Shown here: in pieces, positions 24,453 to 38,384 of the stretch
How the letters are laid out: every line of letters starts with the position of its first letter
Numbering within the stretch: position 1 is the stretch's first letter
Source: Octopus sinensis
Taxonomy: Eukaryota
Assembly: GCF_006345805.1 (NCBI RefSeq)
Contig: NC_043005.1
Location: 18,042,001-18,106,000, forward strand
Length of the DNA stretch: 64,000 bases
Reading direction: 5' to 3'
Notes under the pieces: generated by a model
The model's database searches: none
What the model was told of the DNA's origin: nothing
The model's input: only the letters and a program-made list of their open reading frames with translations
Translations under genes and position numbers: made by a program

Positions 24453-25882
24453 AATAACTAAAGTAGAATAATAGAAATTAAATAATTTATCATATGCCTG
24501 GGAAGAACACATTATTGTATCAGCCTTGGTTCATCTTGGTTGTTACAAAGAGGCGTTACCTCCAGATAAGGAAAAAGTCTCTACGCGGTCGCTCAACGCT
24601 TGACCTGCTGGATATAAGAGCCAAATCTTAAAGACAAAGTTATGACACGGACAATAGAGTCATAGATATACTGATGAGATGGTCATAGATGGGACACATT
24701 TGGTAACAAATCAACTCAATATGAATTTGGGAATGTAATCGGAGATTTGTACAAGATTCAGAGTATAAGAAGATTTATCTAACATATGTTTAATACCATC
24801 AAACTAGAGAGAGAGAGAGAGAGAGGGGAGAGGGGGAGAGAGGGAGAGAGAGAGAAAGAAAGAGAGAGGAGAAGGGGAGATAGAGAGAGTAGGTGGTGGA
24901 GCAGTAGGCATCCTCATGTTTGCAAAAACCTAGTTTTCTGTTACGTGACACTAATGATTAGCTCAATGGAATACTATAAACTTAACTCTAATTTCCCGAA
25001 CAATATATTTAAAATACTTTAGTTCACAACCTCTGCTTTACCCTGTATTGCTATACATTACTATATATCTCTTATAATATTTAATATCTTAATTCACAAG
25101 TTTTATAGTCAGCGATTTATATAAAAATTGAACTATTTTTAAAAATATCTTTACAGTTGCGTGACTCTCATAGTTTATAGAGACTGCATTAATCAGGAAA
25201 GAGTTTACCAATGTAAAATAAAACTATATATTGTTTCAATAACTGACATTTAATACGATAGAAACATATTGACCAGCAGGAACTCAGCTACTGCCTGAGA
25301 GAGGGGATGAAAGAGCAACAGAGAAGACAGAGGAAATAGAAATAGATATGATAAAAATACAAGAGATAGGAAGAAAGAATCGGACATACACACGCACAAT
25401 AACACACATAGTGAGAGAGAAAGAGAGACAGAGAGAGAGAGAGACGGAAAGACAGAGAGAAGCAGACAGAGATAGTGGCAGAGAGAGAGAACAATGGAAA
25501 GAGATAAGAAAAGTATGAAGTATCTAACATCATTTTACTACCGTCACATCACCCTAATCGCATGAGTGTCTGCTTTGGTCAAATAAAGGATGGTACGATT
25601 AAGTAGCCGTAGGTATAGCTGCGTGGTTAGAAGAAGGTCGATTCGTAACCAAGTGATGTGGATTCAATTCCACTATACGGCACGTATTATACCTTATTCT
25701 GGTCAATGCCTTCTGAGTTGAAGGCATTGATCAGCATAGTTTCCGAAGGCGGAAATGAGATACTTAGCAATGAAATGCATTTTTAAAATCAAAGATGGCG
25801 TTTTATTGACACGGAGCGAATGTATGTATGTATCTAGAACACACACACACACATACACACACATACACACACACACACCACA

Positions 25883-25926
<44 letters not shown>

Positions 25927-25929
25927 GTT

Positions 25930-26500
25930 AAGGCGGCAAGCTAACAGAAACGTTAGCTCGCCGGGCGAAATGCGTAGCCGTATTTCGTCTGCCGTTACGT
26001 TCTGAGTTCAAATTCCGCCGAGGTCGACTGTGCCTTTTATCCTTTCGGGGTCGATAAATTAAGTACCAGTTACGCACTGGGGTCGATATAATCGACTTGA
26101 CCCGTCTGTCTGTCCTTGTTTGTCTCCTCTGTGTTTAGCCCCTTGTGGGTAGTGAAGAAATAGGTATTTCGTCTGCCGTTAAGTTCTGAGTTCAAATTCC
26201 GCCGAGGTCGACTTTGCCTTTCATCCTTTCGGGGCCGATAAATTAAGTACTGTTACGCACTGGGGTCGATATAATCGATTTAATCCGTTTGTCTGTCCTT
26301 GTTTGTCCCCTCTGTGTTTAGTCCCTTGTGGGTAGTAAAGAAATAAGTATTTCGTCTGTCTTTACGTTCTGAGTTCAAATTCCGCCGAGGTAGACTTTGC
26401 TTTTCATCCTTTCGGGGTCGATAGATTAAGTACCTGTTGCGTACTGAGGTCGATCCAATCGCTGCCCCCCCTCCCAAAATTTCGGGCTAAGAGTAGAAAC
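25930..26500 (+). mobile_element. three tandem SINE family B units
   Basis: GTATTTCGTCTG recurs at 25980, 26164 and 26347. Confidence 0.9.
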
Positions 26501-26745
26501 CTATTTATATATATTCCCCCCCCACATTCCTTTCTTAGTGGTTAGATCATAGTGGATCTTCTTCTAGCATAATTGATGTCCACTTACAGGCCATCTCTCT
26601 TATATGTATGTAATATAATTATTCCGAAAATTCAGATTTTTCAATATGCTAGACCACTGTTTTTAAATTGATATTCATCAAATTAATATTCAATTTTTCA
26701 CTCTTATATTCATATATATATATTATATATATATATATATATTTA

Positions 26746-26876
26746 TAAACACATAAGAGATGACCATAATAGGACATCTGACTCACTAGAAAGAATTACA
26801 ACTATTAGTGGTTTGGAGTTTAACTGCTCTTTCTAGTGAGTCAGATGTCCTATTATGGCCATCTCCTATGTGTTTA
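26746..26876. repeat. foldback with 49-bp inverted arms
   Basis: Arms 26746-26794 and 26828-26876, 2 mismatches. Confidence 0.85.
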
Positions 26877-27027
26877 AATGTATATTATATAGTCCATTGA
26901 CTATTTTTCCTTCTCACTAGACACTGGTAGCGGAGAATTTTTCTAGAATTTTATTTATTAATTAATGATAAAAGGATTTTTTGGCTATATATAATATATA
27001 TATATATATAGATAGATAGATATATAC

Positions 27028-27071
<44 letters not shown>

Positions 27072-27833
27072 ATATATATATATATATATATTACAATTCA
27101 TCTACTCCGCGTTTCGAAGATCAAAGCGAGACACGACTTCGTTGAAACATTCCTTCCCGCAAAAAGCAAATTAAATAAAACTTGAGATTTTTTGCGGAGG
27201 GGTAAAAATGGTAACAAAAACAGGACAATAAAGACAGTACAAAATATAAACACTAAAAGATAGGGCAAGGAGGATAACAGTAACACAGACAATGAGGGCT
27301 GTTAAGCCACACGAGAGAAAATATTACGAACGCTTGTTGAGAACGGCAGAGAGATATACAGAAAAGCCGTCTACACTAGAGGCAAGCGAGGTCAAAAAGA
27401 CAGTAGTTTTCTCGTCGCTGGTCAACGACGGGACAGAGGAGGAGTAAGAGAGAGGGAGGGAGGGAATGGTTGTAGAAAAACCCAGAAAGAATGAAGAATG
27501 AGAGAGAGAGAGAGAGAGCGAGAGACAGTAAAGTAGAAAAAAGGAAACCAGAAAGAATGAAGGCTGAGAAAGGGAGGGCGACAGAAAGGTTAAGAGTGCG
27601 CATTATTATTAATATTAAGAACAAACTTACTTAGAAGTGGATGCGTGCGTTCCGTCATATAATAACAAATTAATAAATAACACTTATGCACATATACATA
27701 CATATATGTACGTACCTACATCTACATGTATATATACATGCATATATGGGTACAGGACACCCAAAAAACGTCGAACACAATGAGAAACGAAAACATAAAC
27801 ACAAAACCAAAGAAATGGACATTTTTCTTAAAC

Positions 27834-27867
<34 letters not shown>

Positions 27868-27869
27868 GT

Positions 27870-27927
<58 letters not shown>

Positions 27928-28231
27928 CTATATATATATATATGTATTTCTAATATTTTATTTAAAAATCTTATCAGTGGCCAGCATATGAAAAGTACAT
28001 TTTAAGGTGAAAATTATACAATTATAAATAAGTGCAAAAAGAATCTTGGACAATATGCTGAAAGACGCTAAATCATCTAACGACATAAAATAGTTGGGGG
28101 GTGTAAATGAGGGTTTCAACTATTATTTCTAGCAGGCAGGGTATTTGTGTGCCCTTAAAATCATATATATAATATAATATAATATAATATGAATATATAT
28201 ATACACATACATACATAATACATATATATAC

Positions 28232-28283
<52 letters not shown>

Positions 28284-28379
28284 AATAATGAAGGGTGAAA
28301 TTAATTAATTTGGAATAATTATCAATTACACCAAGTAGTCTTCGGCATGTAAAAGCCTCATTCGAGGAAAATTTAAGTA

Positions 28380-28541
28380 ATACTAAGCAATAAGGGTTTA
28401 GCAACGAATTGCCTTACCACATACCGAATTTAGAAATAGCAGTCAAAGGGTTATAACCCTTTGGCTATAACCCTTTGACTGCTATTTCTAAATTCGGTAT
28501 GTGGTAAGGCAATTCGTTGCTAAACCCTTATTGCTTAGTAT
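28380..28541. repeat. perfect palindrome, 76-bp arms with a 10-nt spacer
   Basis: Arms 28380-28455 and 28466-28541 are exact reverse complements, checked base by base. Confidence 0.95.
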
Positions 28542-28548
28542 ATATATA

Positions 28549-28601
<53 letters not shown>

Positions 28602-29108
28602 AATACATATACACGTTTATTAATAGATGAAATGTATTTATGCTTGCATAGAAATTAATATATTTGTGAGATAAGGGAAACTCAGCACTGCTGATTCAAG
28701 TTCGAAGCATCTGATCGGAATTAACCCAAGGAATAAATTGGTAATACAATACCGAAAATACATCATACATATTCAGTTTATTGGCGGCTGGAGAAGTAAT
28801 CCGTTTCTGTATTGTACCTTACAACAGCTGACGCCTTTACTGACGAGCAACACTAGGCTTTTCACTTCCAGAAACACATGAAAATATGTGTATATATATA
28901 CATGTGTGTGTATGTGTGTGGATTGAATTAGGCTTAGTTTATTACTTTAGATAAAATTTAAGAATAGCTGCAGAACATTAATATTGAAATTCTGTTGTCT
29001 CTAGGGAGTGTCATAATACCAATATTATTAACACACGCACTGGTCCAATTCCCCTGATTTATTATGAGTTAGTTGGTTTAATATCCAACTAACTAAGTGA
29101 CTATTTGT

Positions 29109-29270
29109 TTAACTTGGTTAAACAGTAAGTCGTTTTTTGTTTTGTCGAAGCTCTTTCGTTGCTATTTCGTGATAGTTGCTATGATGCGTTGTGCAGATAG
29201 CAACGAAAGGGCTTTGAGAAAAAAAAGCAAACAAAAACAAAAACAGTTGCCTTATGTTTAACCAAGTTAA
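29109..29270. mobile_element. MITE-like foldback bounded by TTAA
   Basis: Perfect 16-bp terminal inverted repeat TTAACTTGGTTAAACA plus an inner ~18-bp inverted pair. Confidence 0.55.
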
Positions 29271-29320
29271 TGCGATGCTTAACACTCATTTTCATTGTTC
29301 GGCATTACACACACACACAC

Positions 29321-29355
<35 letters not shown>

Positions 29356-29359
29356 CCAT

Positions 29360-29527
29360 GGAAAGTAGCTTGCTTATCAACGACATGGTTCCAGGTTCAG
29401 TCTCACTGCGTGGCACATTGAGCAAGTCTCTTCTACTATAGACCCTGGTCGACCAAAGCCTTGTGAGTGGATTTCGTAGACTGAAACCGAAAGAAACCCG
29501 TCGTATATACATACATACATACATATG

Positions 29528-29589
<62 letters not shown>

Positions 29590-29837
29590 CACGTACATAC
29601 ATATGTGTGTGTATATGTTTGTGTGTCTGTGTTTGTTTCCCCACCATCGCTTGACAACCGATGTTGGTGTGTTTACGTTCCCGTAACTTAGCGGTTCGGC
29701 AAAGGTGACGATAGAATAAGTACTAGGCTTACAAAGAATAAGTCCTGTGGCCGATTTGTTCGACTGATAACCTTCGAAGAGGTGCTGCGGCATGCCTGCA
29801 ATCAAATGACTGAAACAAATGAAAGAATAAAAGAATA
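29360..29837 (+). mobile_element. SINE family A, near full length
   Basis: Homologous to family A. Confidence 0.85.
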
Positions 29838-29880
29838 TATATATATATATTCTTTCATTCTTTTATTATTTTACTTAATG

Positions 29881-30160
29881 TATCGGTCTCTTTTGTCGAA
29901 CTGCTACTTTACGAGGACGTAAATACACCAACAGTGGTTGTCAAACCGTGATGGGAGACAAACACAGACACAAAAACACACGCACATATAAATATATATA
30001 CGACGGGCTTCTTTCAGTTTCCGCCTACCAAATCCACTCACAAGGCTTTGGTAGGCCCGAGGCTATAGTAGAAGAGTGTAGCCCCAAGGTGTCACGTAGT
30101 GGGACTGAATCTAGAACCTTGTGGTTGGGAAGAAACTGCTTACCACACAGCCACGCTTGC
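29881..30160 (-). mobile_element. SINE family A, tail-to-tail with the previous copy
   Basis: Homologous to family A. Confidence 0.8.
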
Positions 30161-33100
30161 TTCCCCACGGGATGGAGGGTCGTTATTATTTGCATTTTGA
30201 GAATAGAATTCTGTGATCGATGTTTGCAGGTAAAAATTATACTGTTGCATTCCTGAAGACAGTCCGTAAATTGCAAAATAGCTTAGACCTCTGCTATGCA
30301 GAGACTACACTCGTTTTTATAGCTATACACACACACGCACACACGAACACACACACAGACACATATACACGCATACACACACATTCACATATATGCAGTA
30401 GTCTCCTCTCTCTTGGTCGATAAACGTAAAAGTTAGAGCAATATAAAGATGAATACAGATAAATTCCAATATGGCTCTTTTGACTTAAAACTGGATATGG
30501 ACATTTGTGGTAATAGCTGTCGTCCTAGTGGTGAATTTGGCACTGCTGATAAGTGATGATGTTAGTGTATGATGGCAGGTACTGCGCATTGATAATTGTA
30601 GAAGTTCCAGTGTGGCAGTGGGGGTGGTAGTACATTGTGTGGTGGTGACACGATAGGGATAGTAGTGGTAGTAGTGGTAGTTGTGGTAACGTTATGCCAG
30701 ATCAATATTTAGGAAGTGAACACGAGCTGACATTAATTTCAATAAATCAAAGTATAATCTTTACTGGAAAATATTTAATCGTAAAGTTGCCATCGGGATA
30801 AATAATATGGATTCTAAGTTTGCGGTCTATAATTTGGAGTGATGTTAGTGTGGCGAGGTGGTGCTGAAGAAACCATTCTGCCAATATCGGATTTACTGAT
30901 TTTGCAAAGTATAACAGATGGCAGAATGGACAAAATCTTTATATTATGAAGTGCGAATATTAGATGGGAACCGCAAGGAATTAGAGTTAATAAAAATAAC
31001 TACAGGGTGCTGTTTAGATGCGATTAATATTGTTAATGATTAATTAACAAATGATGACAGAATGTGAAAGTAGTCGTGTGTTTGTGTGTGTGTTTGGTGA
31101 GTAAATGAATGTGTGATTGTTAAAGGTTGCAGTTCTTTAATCGAGACCTATGATCAAAGACGTTCCGTCTATGACTATCTCGTCATTGTGTATGTGCAAT
31201 TAAGTCTGGTTAACATTAACCAACGTGTCTTTCTTTTAAAGGAAATGATGACCACCATTTCTGACAAGTGGAGCGGCCAGTGAGAAGATTCCTCACCCAT
31301 TCAGTTACCGATTGTTTACACAGATTGTCCAATGTGGCATATTATGTAAATATGCTTATGTATGTGTGTGTATATGTGTGAAGTATGCACAAACATACAT
31401 ACATACATACATACATACACACATATATGCACACACACACACACACACCACACACACCACACACACACACACATACACACACACACACAATCAAGGTTAA
31501 ACTGGAGCTAAACAATAGAAGCAACAGCAGCAACAGCAGCGATAAGGCCAATGATTTATTCCAACTTCAGTTTTCTTTTGTAAGACTTGTTCTAAATTTG
31601 GACCAGCGCAGAACAGACAAAAACACACCAGACTAGACCAGACTACACTAGATTAGACCAGACCAAACCAAACCATACCAGACGCTTAGATCTCAATTTC
31701 AATAAATTTTATCGATTTATTCAATTATCTAGTTATTAAGTTTTATTTTGTTACGCTCTGTTAGCACTTCTGCTAGCAATGGATTATTCATTAACAACAT
31801 TATGCAACAATCTTACAACATTACTTTTGTCGAATATCTGTACAGGAAAAATATAGATGAAATCCTTGCTTTTTCAATGGATTTTTACTTTATTCTGAAA
31901 CAAAAAAAAAAAACCCCAGAAAGATTGATAAAAACAGAAGAAATGATAGCATCTTCAAGTAAAGCGCTCATCCAGCTCAGTAGCTTTTATGAAGACCTAC
32001 TTTTGCTTCTTCAAACTGTTCATTGAAATACGTTGCTTCACTTCAACTAAGAATACTATTATGGAAACCATTGCTGTTATTTTTTTCTTCTAAAATGACA
32101 TGCATTGCTATTATGTCACTGTCAATATTACGATAATACAATTTAACAATATCCAACTTTGTGTGTAAATCGATATTATTCTAACCAATAGAATGGAATA
32201 ATAAAATATCCATCTAGATATCGTTTTACAAATATATAAATAATACGCCTAAGCGTCTGATAAAACGAGAAAGAAAATTTAATTAAAAAATGGCAGACAT
32301 TTCGCTAAAGCTGACTGCATATGTGTTTATACGCTTACGTATAAACGTTCACACTTACATAAATCTACATACATATGCACATATATACATGAAAATGTGT
32401 ACATGATGGTAGCAATTCGATTTCGATCAATGCCTTTGCTTGTTTATTCTTTTAACATGAACAGCATGGATGTGACTTTTCAGCCCTGCTGTGGATATAC
32501 ACTCTTTTGTACAGATAGGCAACGATGGGCAATCTCTTGGTGTCGGTGTTTAGAGAGCTTACCGCCCACGTTGACACATGCATTAATTCTTTCATGGAAT
32601 CTATTATTGAGTGTTTTGCCTTTTACGACTACAGCCAAAGCATGATATGTAACACATTAGGAATGTTAAACATCAAATAATGAGCTGTTGCTTGAAGCTT
32701 TTTAATGTGAGAAAAGGTATTGTAATGTGCCAACCTCACTCTCTAAAGAACGTATGCGTTTGCCCAAAAAGAAGAACTAGTCTACACCATTGAATGCAAA
32801 CGAAGTCACAGGTATTAAATCAAAGCTTTCCATCTCCGAGAGATATATCTAAACGATGGCTAAGGTTCTCTCTCAACTGTTGGATGGTCGTTGATCTACT
32901 GAGTTCAGTCGCCCTTTGACAGGGTCATACTTTTCGTCCTGCAGGGTGTCCAACGAGAGCCAATCTCTTTAGCAAGAAGGCTCTGTAGGGTAACCAGTTG
33001 AGTCGCCAACGGCCCGACCATGCGACAGGTTGCATTGGGTTACATATTGCGAGTAGCACTAAGACCGACCTGACATTCATACATACACCCATGCATCCAC

Positions 33101-33624
33101 ACATTCATACACGCACCCATACATTCGTTCATAGTATTCACTCCATCTTCACAGATGATTGCCGTCTCCTAGTGAATTCTTGTCGTCAATGGCAACTGAA
33201 TATTCACTTTGGTTGCAGATCTGCATGGTCTAAGGCTTGGTTAACAGAAAAAAGTTTTAACTCACTATGCGCTACCAACTGTTAGATCTGCACAGGACAT
33301 CACCCTTCCAACGCCATACGACTTTCAGTAAATGGAACTGGAATGGCGCCTAAGATCATTCTAAAGAGATGTATGTACTTCATTTGGATTATAGTGATAA
33401 ACGCTTGTACAACACGGGTGCCACTCTAAATTTCCCTGATTAGCACCTAGTGACAGGCTGGAGTGAGACCACATAGCAAATACATAGATAGATAAATTTG
33501 TTGAGTGTTGCTGTCTGGGGGATTTTCTTATGGTAGTGAAATAGTAGTTTAACTGCAGATACACACACACACACACACACACACCACACACACACACACA
33601 CACACAACACACACACACACACTA

Positions 33625-33795
33625 CTATCGGTGTAAACACACTAATATCGGTTTTCAAGCATTCTTGTGGAGGGGGACAAGCAGACACAAACACATACAC
33701 ACACACACATATGCATGTATATATATATATATATATATATCCGACGGGCTTCTTTCAGTTTTCATCTACCAGCTCCTCTCACAAGGCTTTGGTCA
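33625..33795 (-). mobile_element. SINE family A, middle fragment
   Basis: Homologous to family A. Confidence 0.7.
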
Positions 33796-34384
33796 ACATA
33801 AATATACATATATACATATATATATACATATATATATATATATGTATACATATATATATATGTATGTATGTTATAACCTATATATCTATATATGTAAAGC
33901 ATATGTATGTGGGTGAGTAAAGATAGAGGGGATGAGGGGAGTGAGGAAAAGAGGAAGAGAGAGAGAGAGAGAGAGTGGGGTGGGTAGGAGACAGCATATT
34001 GTGAAAACCATCTGAAATAAAGCATGATGCTAGCTGTGTCTGTCTCCCTTGTGAGTCGTTTTACATATTTCTAATGGTTGAATATTTATTAATGAAAGAA
34101 AGTGGATGAAGTTTTACCACCGGGCCCCTGCTGCTACTGGAGAACTTTCAGCTGGTTTCACTTAGATATTCACATGTGTTTTACTGTAGTGCTATGTCAT
34201 TCTTGTTCCATGCGGTTGCATCAGTGCGGTTGCCGTGACACAAATACTTACTGCGTCACTTTATGTAGTTATATATATATATATATATATATCATTGAAA
34301 CGTCTGCTTAATACAGTTAAGTGATCTCGGCTCAATGACGCCCTATTTACTTTAATCGAACTGTTTAGGTGTTGAACTGGTAGA

Positions 34385-35000
34385 AACATTGGCACCCACC
34401 CGGTAAAGATGCTTAATGAGGTTTCCCCGGCTTTACGTTCTGAGTTCAAATTGCGCCGAGGTCGATTTTGCCTTTCATCATTTCGATTTTGACTTAAATA
34501 AGTACTAGTTCAGTACTGGTGTCAATGTAATTGACTAGCTCTCCTCCCACAAAATTTCGGGCCTCTAACCAATAGGAAAAAGAAATTTAACTGAGTTGCT
34601 TCCAATACGTTTTGAGTTCGAACTCCATACAGAGCAAGACTTTTTTCAAAATTGTCTTGCACTTTCCAAATTTTGCATCCTCTATTTTCTATCGCTTTTT
34701 CCTTTCGTTTATCGTTTTATTTTCTATTTACTTCCCATACGGAATATGGGAGTGACCGAATTATTAGGATACATTATATCTCTCCCAAGGCTGGTAAGCT
34801 ACCAGAGTCGTTAGAGTCAGACAAATTACCTCGTGATATTTGTTCCGGTTCTTTATAAGCAGAGTTCAATTCTCGCCAAAGTGACATTTGCCTTTCATCC
34901 TTCTAGGTTGGATAAAATGTACCAGTCTAGTACTGGAGTCGATAGTATAGACTAACAACCCTCACTCCAAAGTTGCTGGCTTTGTACCTAAATCAAAAGC
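34385..35000 (+). mobile_element. two diverged SINE family B copies (~34385-34580 and ~34785-35000)
   Basis: GAGTTCAAATT and GCCTTTCATC blocks are retained in each. Confidence 0.65.
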
Positions 35001-36056
35001 TAGTGTCTCTTTCCTACGTTGCCGAAGGTCACTTTATATTTTTCTTTTCTTCACAATATATTTTCTTTCTTAGCTTTTACATATTTTATAGGAAGAAAAC
35101 CCCTTTTCAAGGCCTCTATGACTGACGCCAGGAAGTGGTCAAGTAATCCCAAGACAGAAGACATGACCCCGAGTGCTTGCAATCAAGTGGACGTCTTTAA
35201 AGGCAAGCATACGGGTCTAGGTTATGGTTTATAGGTTTTACTCTGGGCGACAGATGAATCGTTCATTAAAAAGAAGAAAACTAAAGTGGTTCCTTTGAGA
35301 GGCTTCCAAACAGTTTCCATTGGCTAAATTTCATTCAGAATACTTTGGTCAAAACGCAATTAATTCAGAAAATACATACTCAATATAGAATGCAACGAAA
35401 TGAAACTGAATCCGAAACCGCGTGGTTGCAAATCGAACTTCTTAACTACGGTGGTCTGTAGTGTATTTCTTCCCAACCTAGATTCCTGTTCTAATATTCT
35501 TTGGTAAATACGAAATCCATAACGATAACAAACACTGTACAGGTATTTTTAACTGTTATGGCAGATAACTTCTACAACCGATGTTTTCGTCTCGCATATC
35601 TTCTAGTTTTGTTTTTTGCTTCGTTATTGTCATAACTGGTTCGCTTCATTTTTTCTCGTACAATATTCTTTTTCCTTCCTAGTTTTTGTTTTCCTTTGTT
35701 TTGTATCTATCCATCGTTGATTCTATCTCCTTATCTCCCTCTCTTGTTCTATCTCCCACTCTATCTCTCTCACTCTCACTCTCACTCTCACTCACTCTCT
35801 GTTTATCTATCTCTATCTCTTAGCTTACTAATAACCTTAATTTCATTATATGACAGAAGAGAAGGGTGTTGCTATGGGAACTTTACATCATATACATCAT
35901 AATATATGTATACACAGGCAAATCCCCACGTGCACACATGCGTGCTCACACTAACATACGTATACACTCGTATCTACACATGAATATATTTACACACATA
36001 TTTATTCATACATTCGTATAAGTATATGTATATGTATGTGTGTATATGACACACAC

Positions 36057-36155
<99 letters not shown>

Positions 36156-36529
36156 GAGTATATATGACACACACACGTATATATATATATACATATGTGT
36201 ATATATGACACACACACACATATATATATATACCACACACACACACGCATATATATATATAAAGAAATACATATATGAATGTATATACAAACACAAGTGC
36301 GTGTATGCTTGTATGCACAAATACACACGCACACACGCACACATATATATGTACATGTGTGTTCGTGTGTGTTTATACAAGGGAGCGAAAACATTCCAGA
36401 GACAAAAGCTTAACTGAATCTTACTGAAGGACAGTTTGTGCTACTCTCATCGGGATTGCCAAGTTTCCAAAGTAACAATGGTATGGAAGCTAATTGAATT
36501 GTTGATATCGCGTGCAGGGGTGGGGTTGG

Positions 36530-36624
36530 AGGGTTGATGATAAATGATAATGATAATATCAATATTGATAATGATAATTCGGAAGACGAAGAGAAGGAAC
36601 AGAATGATGATGACGATGATGAAT

Positions 36625-36697
<73 letters not shown>

Positions 36698-36835
36698 CGA
36701 TGATGATGGTGGTGGTGATGGTGGTGGTGATGATTGTCATGATAATGATAATGATGAAGGTGATGATGACGACAACGTCGACAACGATGATGAAAATTTT
36801 AACGATGATTATGATGCTGATGATAAGGAAGCGAT
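36530..36835. repeat. (GAT)n-derived microsatellite
   Basis: Directly visible; pure core with degenerate flanks. Confidence 0.9.
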
Positions 36836-37239
36836 CTACAACGGTGGCATGGTCCGTTGTAATTGCCATAGTAACTTTGTTATGTCCATATACCCTCAAC
36901 TGATGATTATCTGCATGTGATGAAATCTGTATCGGGGCAGGTAGCAGGACAATGTGTTTGTAACCAAAATTACTTCACGTGAACCGAAGTCTAACAGCAA
37001 GGCCGGAAGAATCAACGACCTTCTCCAAATCTATGCAAGGGGACTTAACCCCAGTATTGCACTTTAACGTGCCATTTATTTATATACAAGTAAACTGTCA
37101 AAGAAAGTATGTTGTGGTAGTGGCGATACCAAAATTGGTAGAGCACCAGACAAAAATTGTTGTGTAGTGTTTACTTATGTTCCTTTGCGTTCTGAATTCA
37201 ATTCTTGTCGTGGTCATCTTCATTTTTCACTTTTCCATA

Positions 37240-37449
37240 ATGGTTTCAAGTTTTGACACAAGGCCAGCAATTTCAATGGAAGTGGGTAAGTCAATTACAT
37301 CGACTCCAGTGCGCAACTGATACTTAATTTATCGACCCGAAAAGGATAAAAGGGAAAGTCGACCTCGATGGAATTTGAAACCAGTACAAGTGAAACGCCG
37401 CTAAGCATTTTGTCCGGTGTGCTGATAACTCTGCCAACTCGCTGCTTTA
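37240..37449 (-). mobile_element. SINE family B
   Basis: Reverse-complement homology to 23849-24065. Confidence 0.75.
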
Positions 37450-37669
37450 GTCTTTATCAAATGTTGAGTGATCGATATCTTCCCCTGCTTTTAAGCAAAG
37501 CCTGTGAAAATGCACATGTCTCCATTCTTCATGCCATCAAATCGACGATGAGGCCCCACTGATTTCTTTGTCAAGTGGAGGGATTTTCGTGGCAAAATAC
37601 AAAGAATGTTTTATGTTGTCCGACTTTGGGTGTTGTGAGATTTAAATTCAATATAAGTTTATTTTTACG

Positions 37670-38332
37670 AGTACTATCTTGTCGACCAAGTACCATTTTG
37701 TCAACAAAGTACTGTTTTGCTGACCAAGTAAAATTTTGTCGAACAAGTACCGCTTGTCGACCAAGTGCCATTTTGTCAAATAAGTACCGTCTTGTCAACC
37801 GAGTACTATATTGTCGACCAAGTACCAGTTTGACGACAAAGTACTGTTTTGCTGACCGAGTAGAATTTTGTCGACCATGTAACATTTTGTCAAATAAGTA
37901 CCCTCTTGTCGACGGAGTACTGTTTTATCGACCAAGTACCATTTTGTTAACTTGGTACCATCTTTTCGATAAAGTACCATCTTTTCCACCAAGTACCATC
38001 TCGTCAACCAAGTATCATCTTATCGACCAAGTGCCATTTTTTCGATCAAGTACCATCTTTTGGACCAAGTACCATCTTGCGACCAAGTACCATCTTGTCG
38101 ACCGAGTTCTATTTTGTCGATGGAGTACCATCTTTTAGACCAAGTACCATTTTTCGACCAGGTACCATCTTTTCGATCAAGTACCATCTTTTCGCTCAAG
38201 TACCATCGTGTCGGTAAAGTACCATCTTATCGACCGAGTTCCATTTTATTGACAGAGTACCATCTTGTCGATCAAGTACAATTTTGTTGACCAGGTTACC
38301 ATCTCTTCGATCAAGTACCATCTTGTCGACTA
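37670..38332. repeat. 19-bp minisatellite, about 35 degenerate units
   Basis: Consensus AGTACCATCTTGTCGACCA. Confidence 0.92.
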
Positions 38333-38384
38333 AAGTTAATTCTGGGAAAAAGAAAGAAATGTATCTGTTATCCATTGCTTGTTT

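Noticed and set aside
27099-27660. Repeat-like block ending CTTCGAAACGCG (minus strand) as a hammerhead-bearing PLE terminus
   Set aside because: No CUGANGA-like core and only one copy in the window; the family could not be supported.
36534-36920. Poly-Asp ORF resembling an acidic protein
   Set aside because: It is a (GAT)n tract open in several frames and on both strands, with no non-repetitive coding context.
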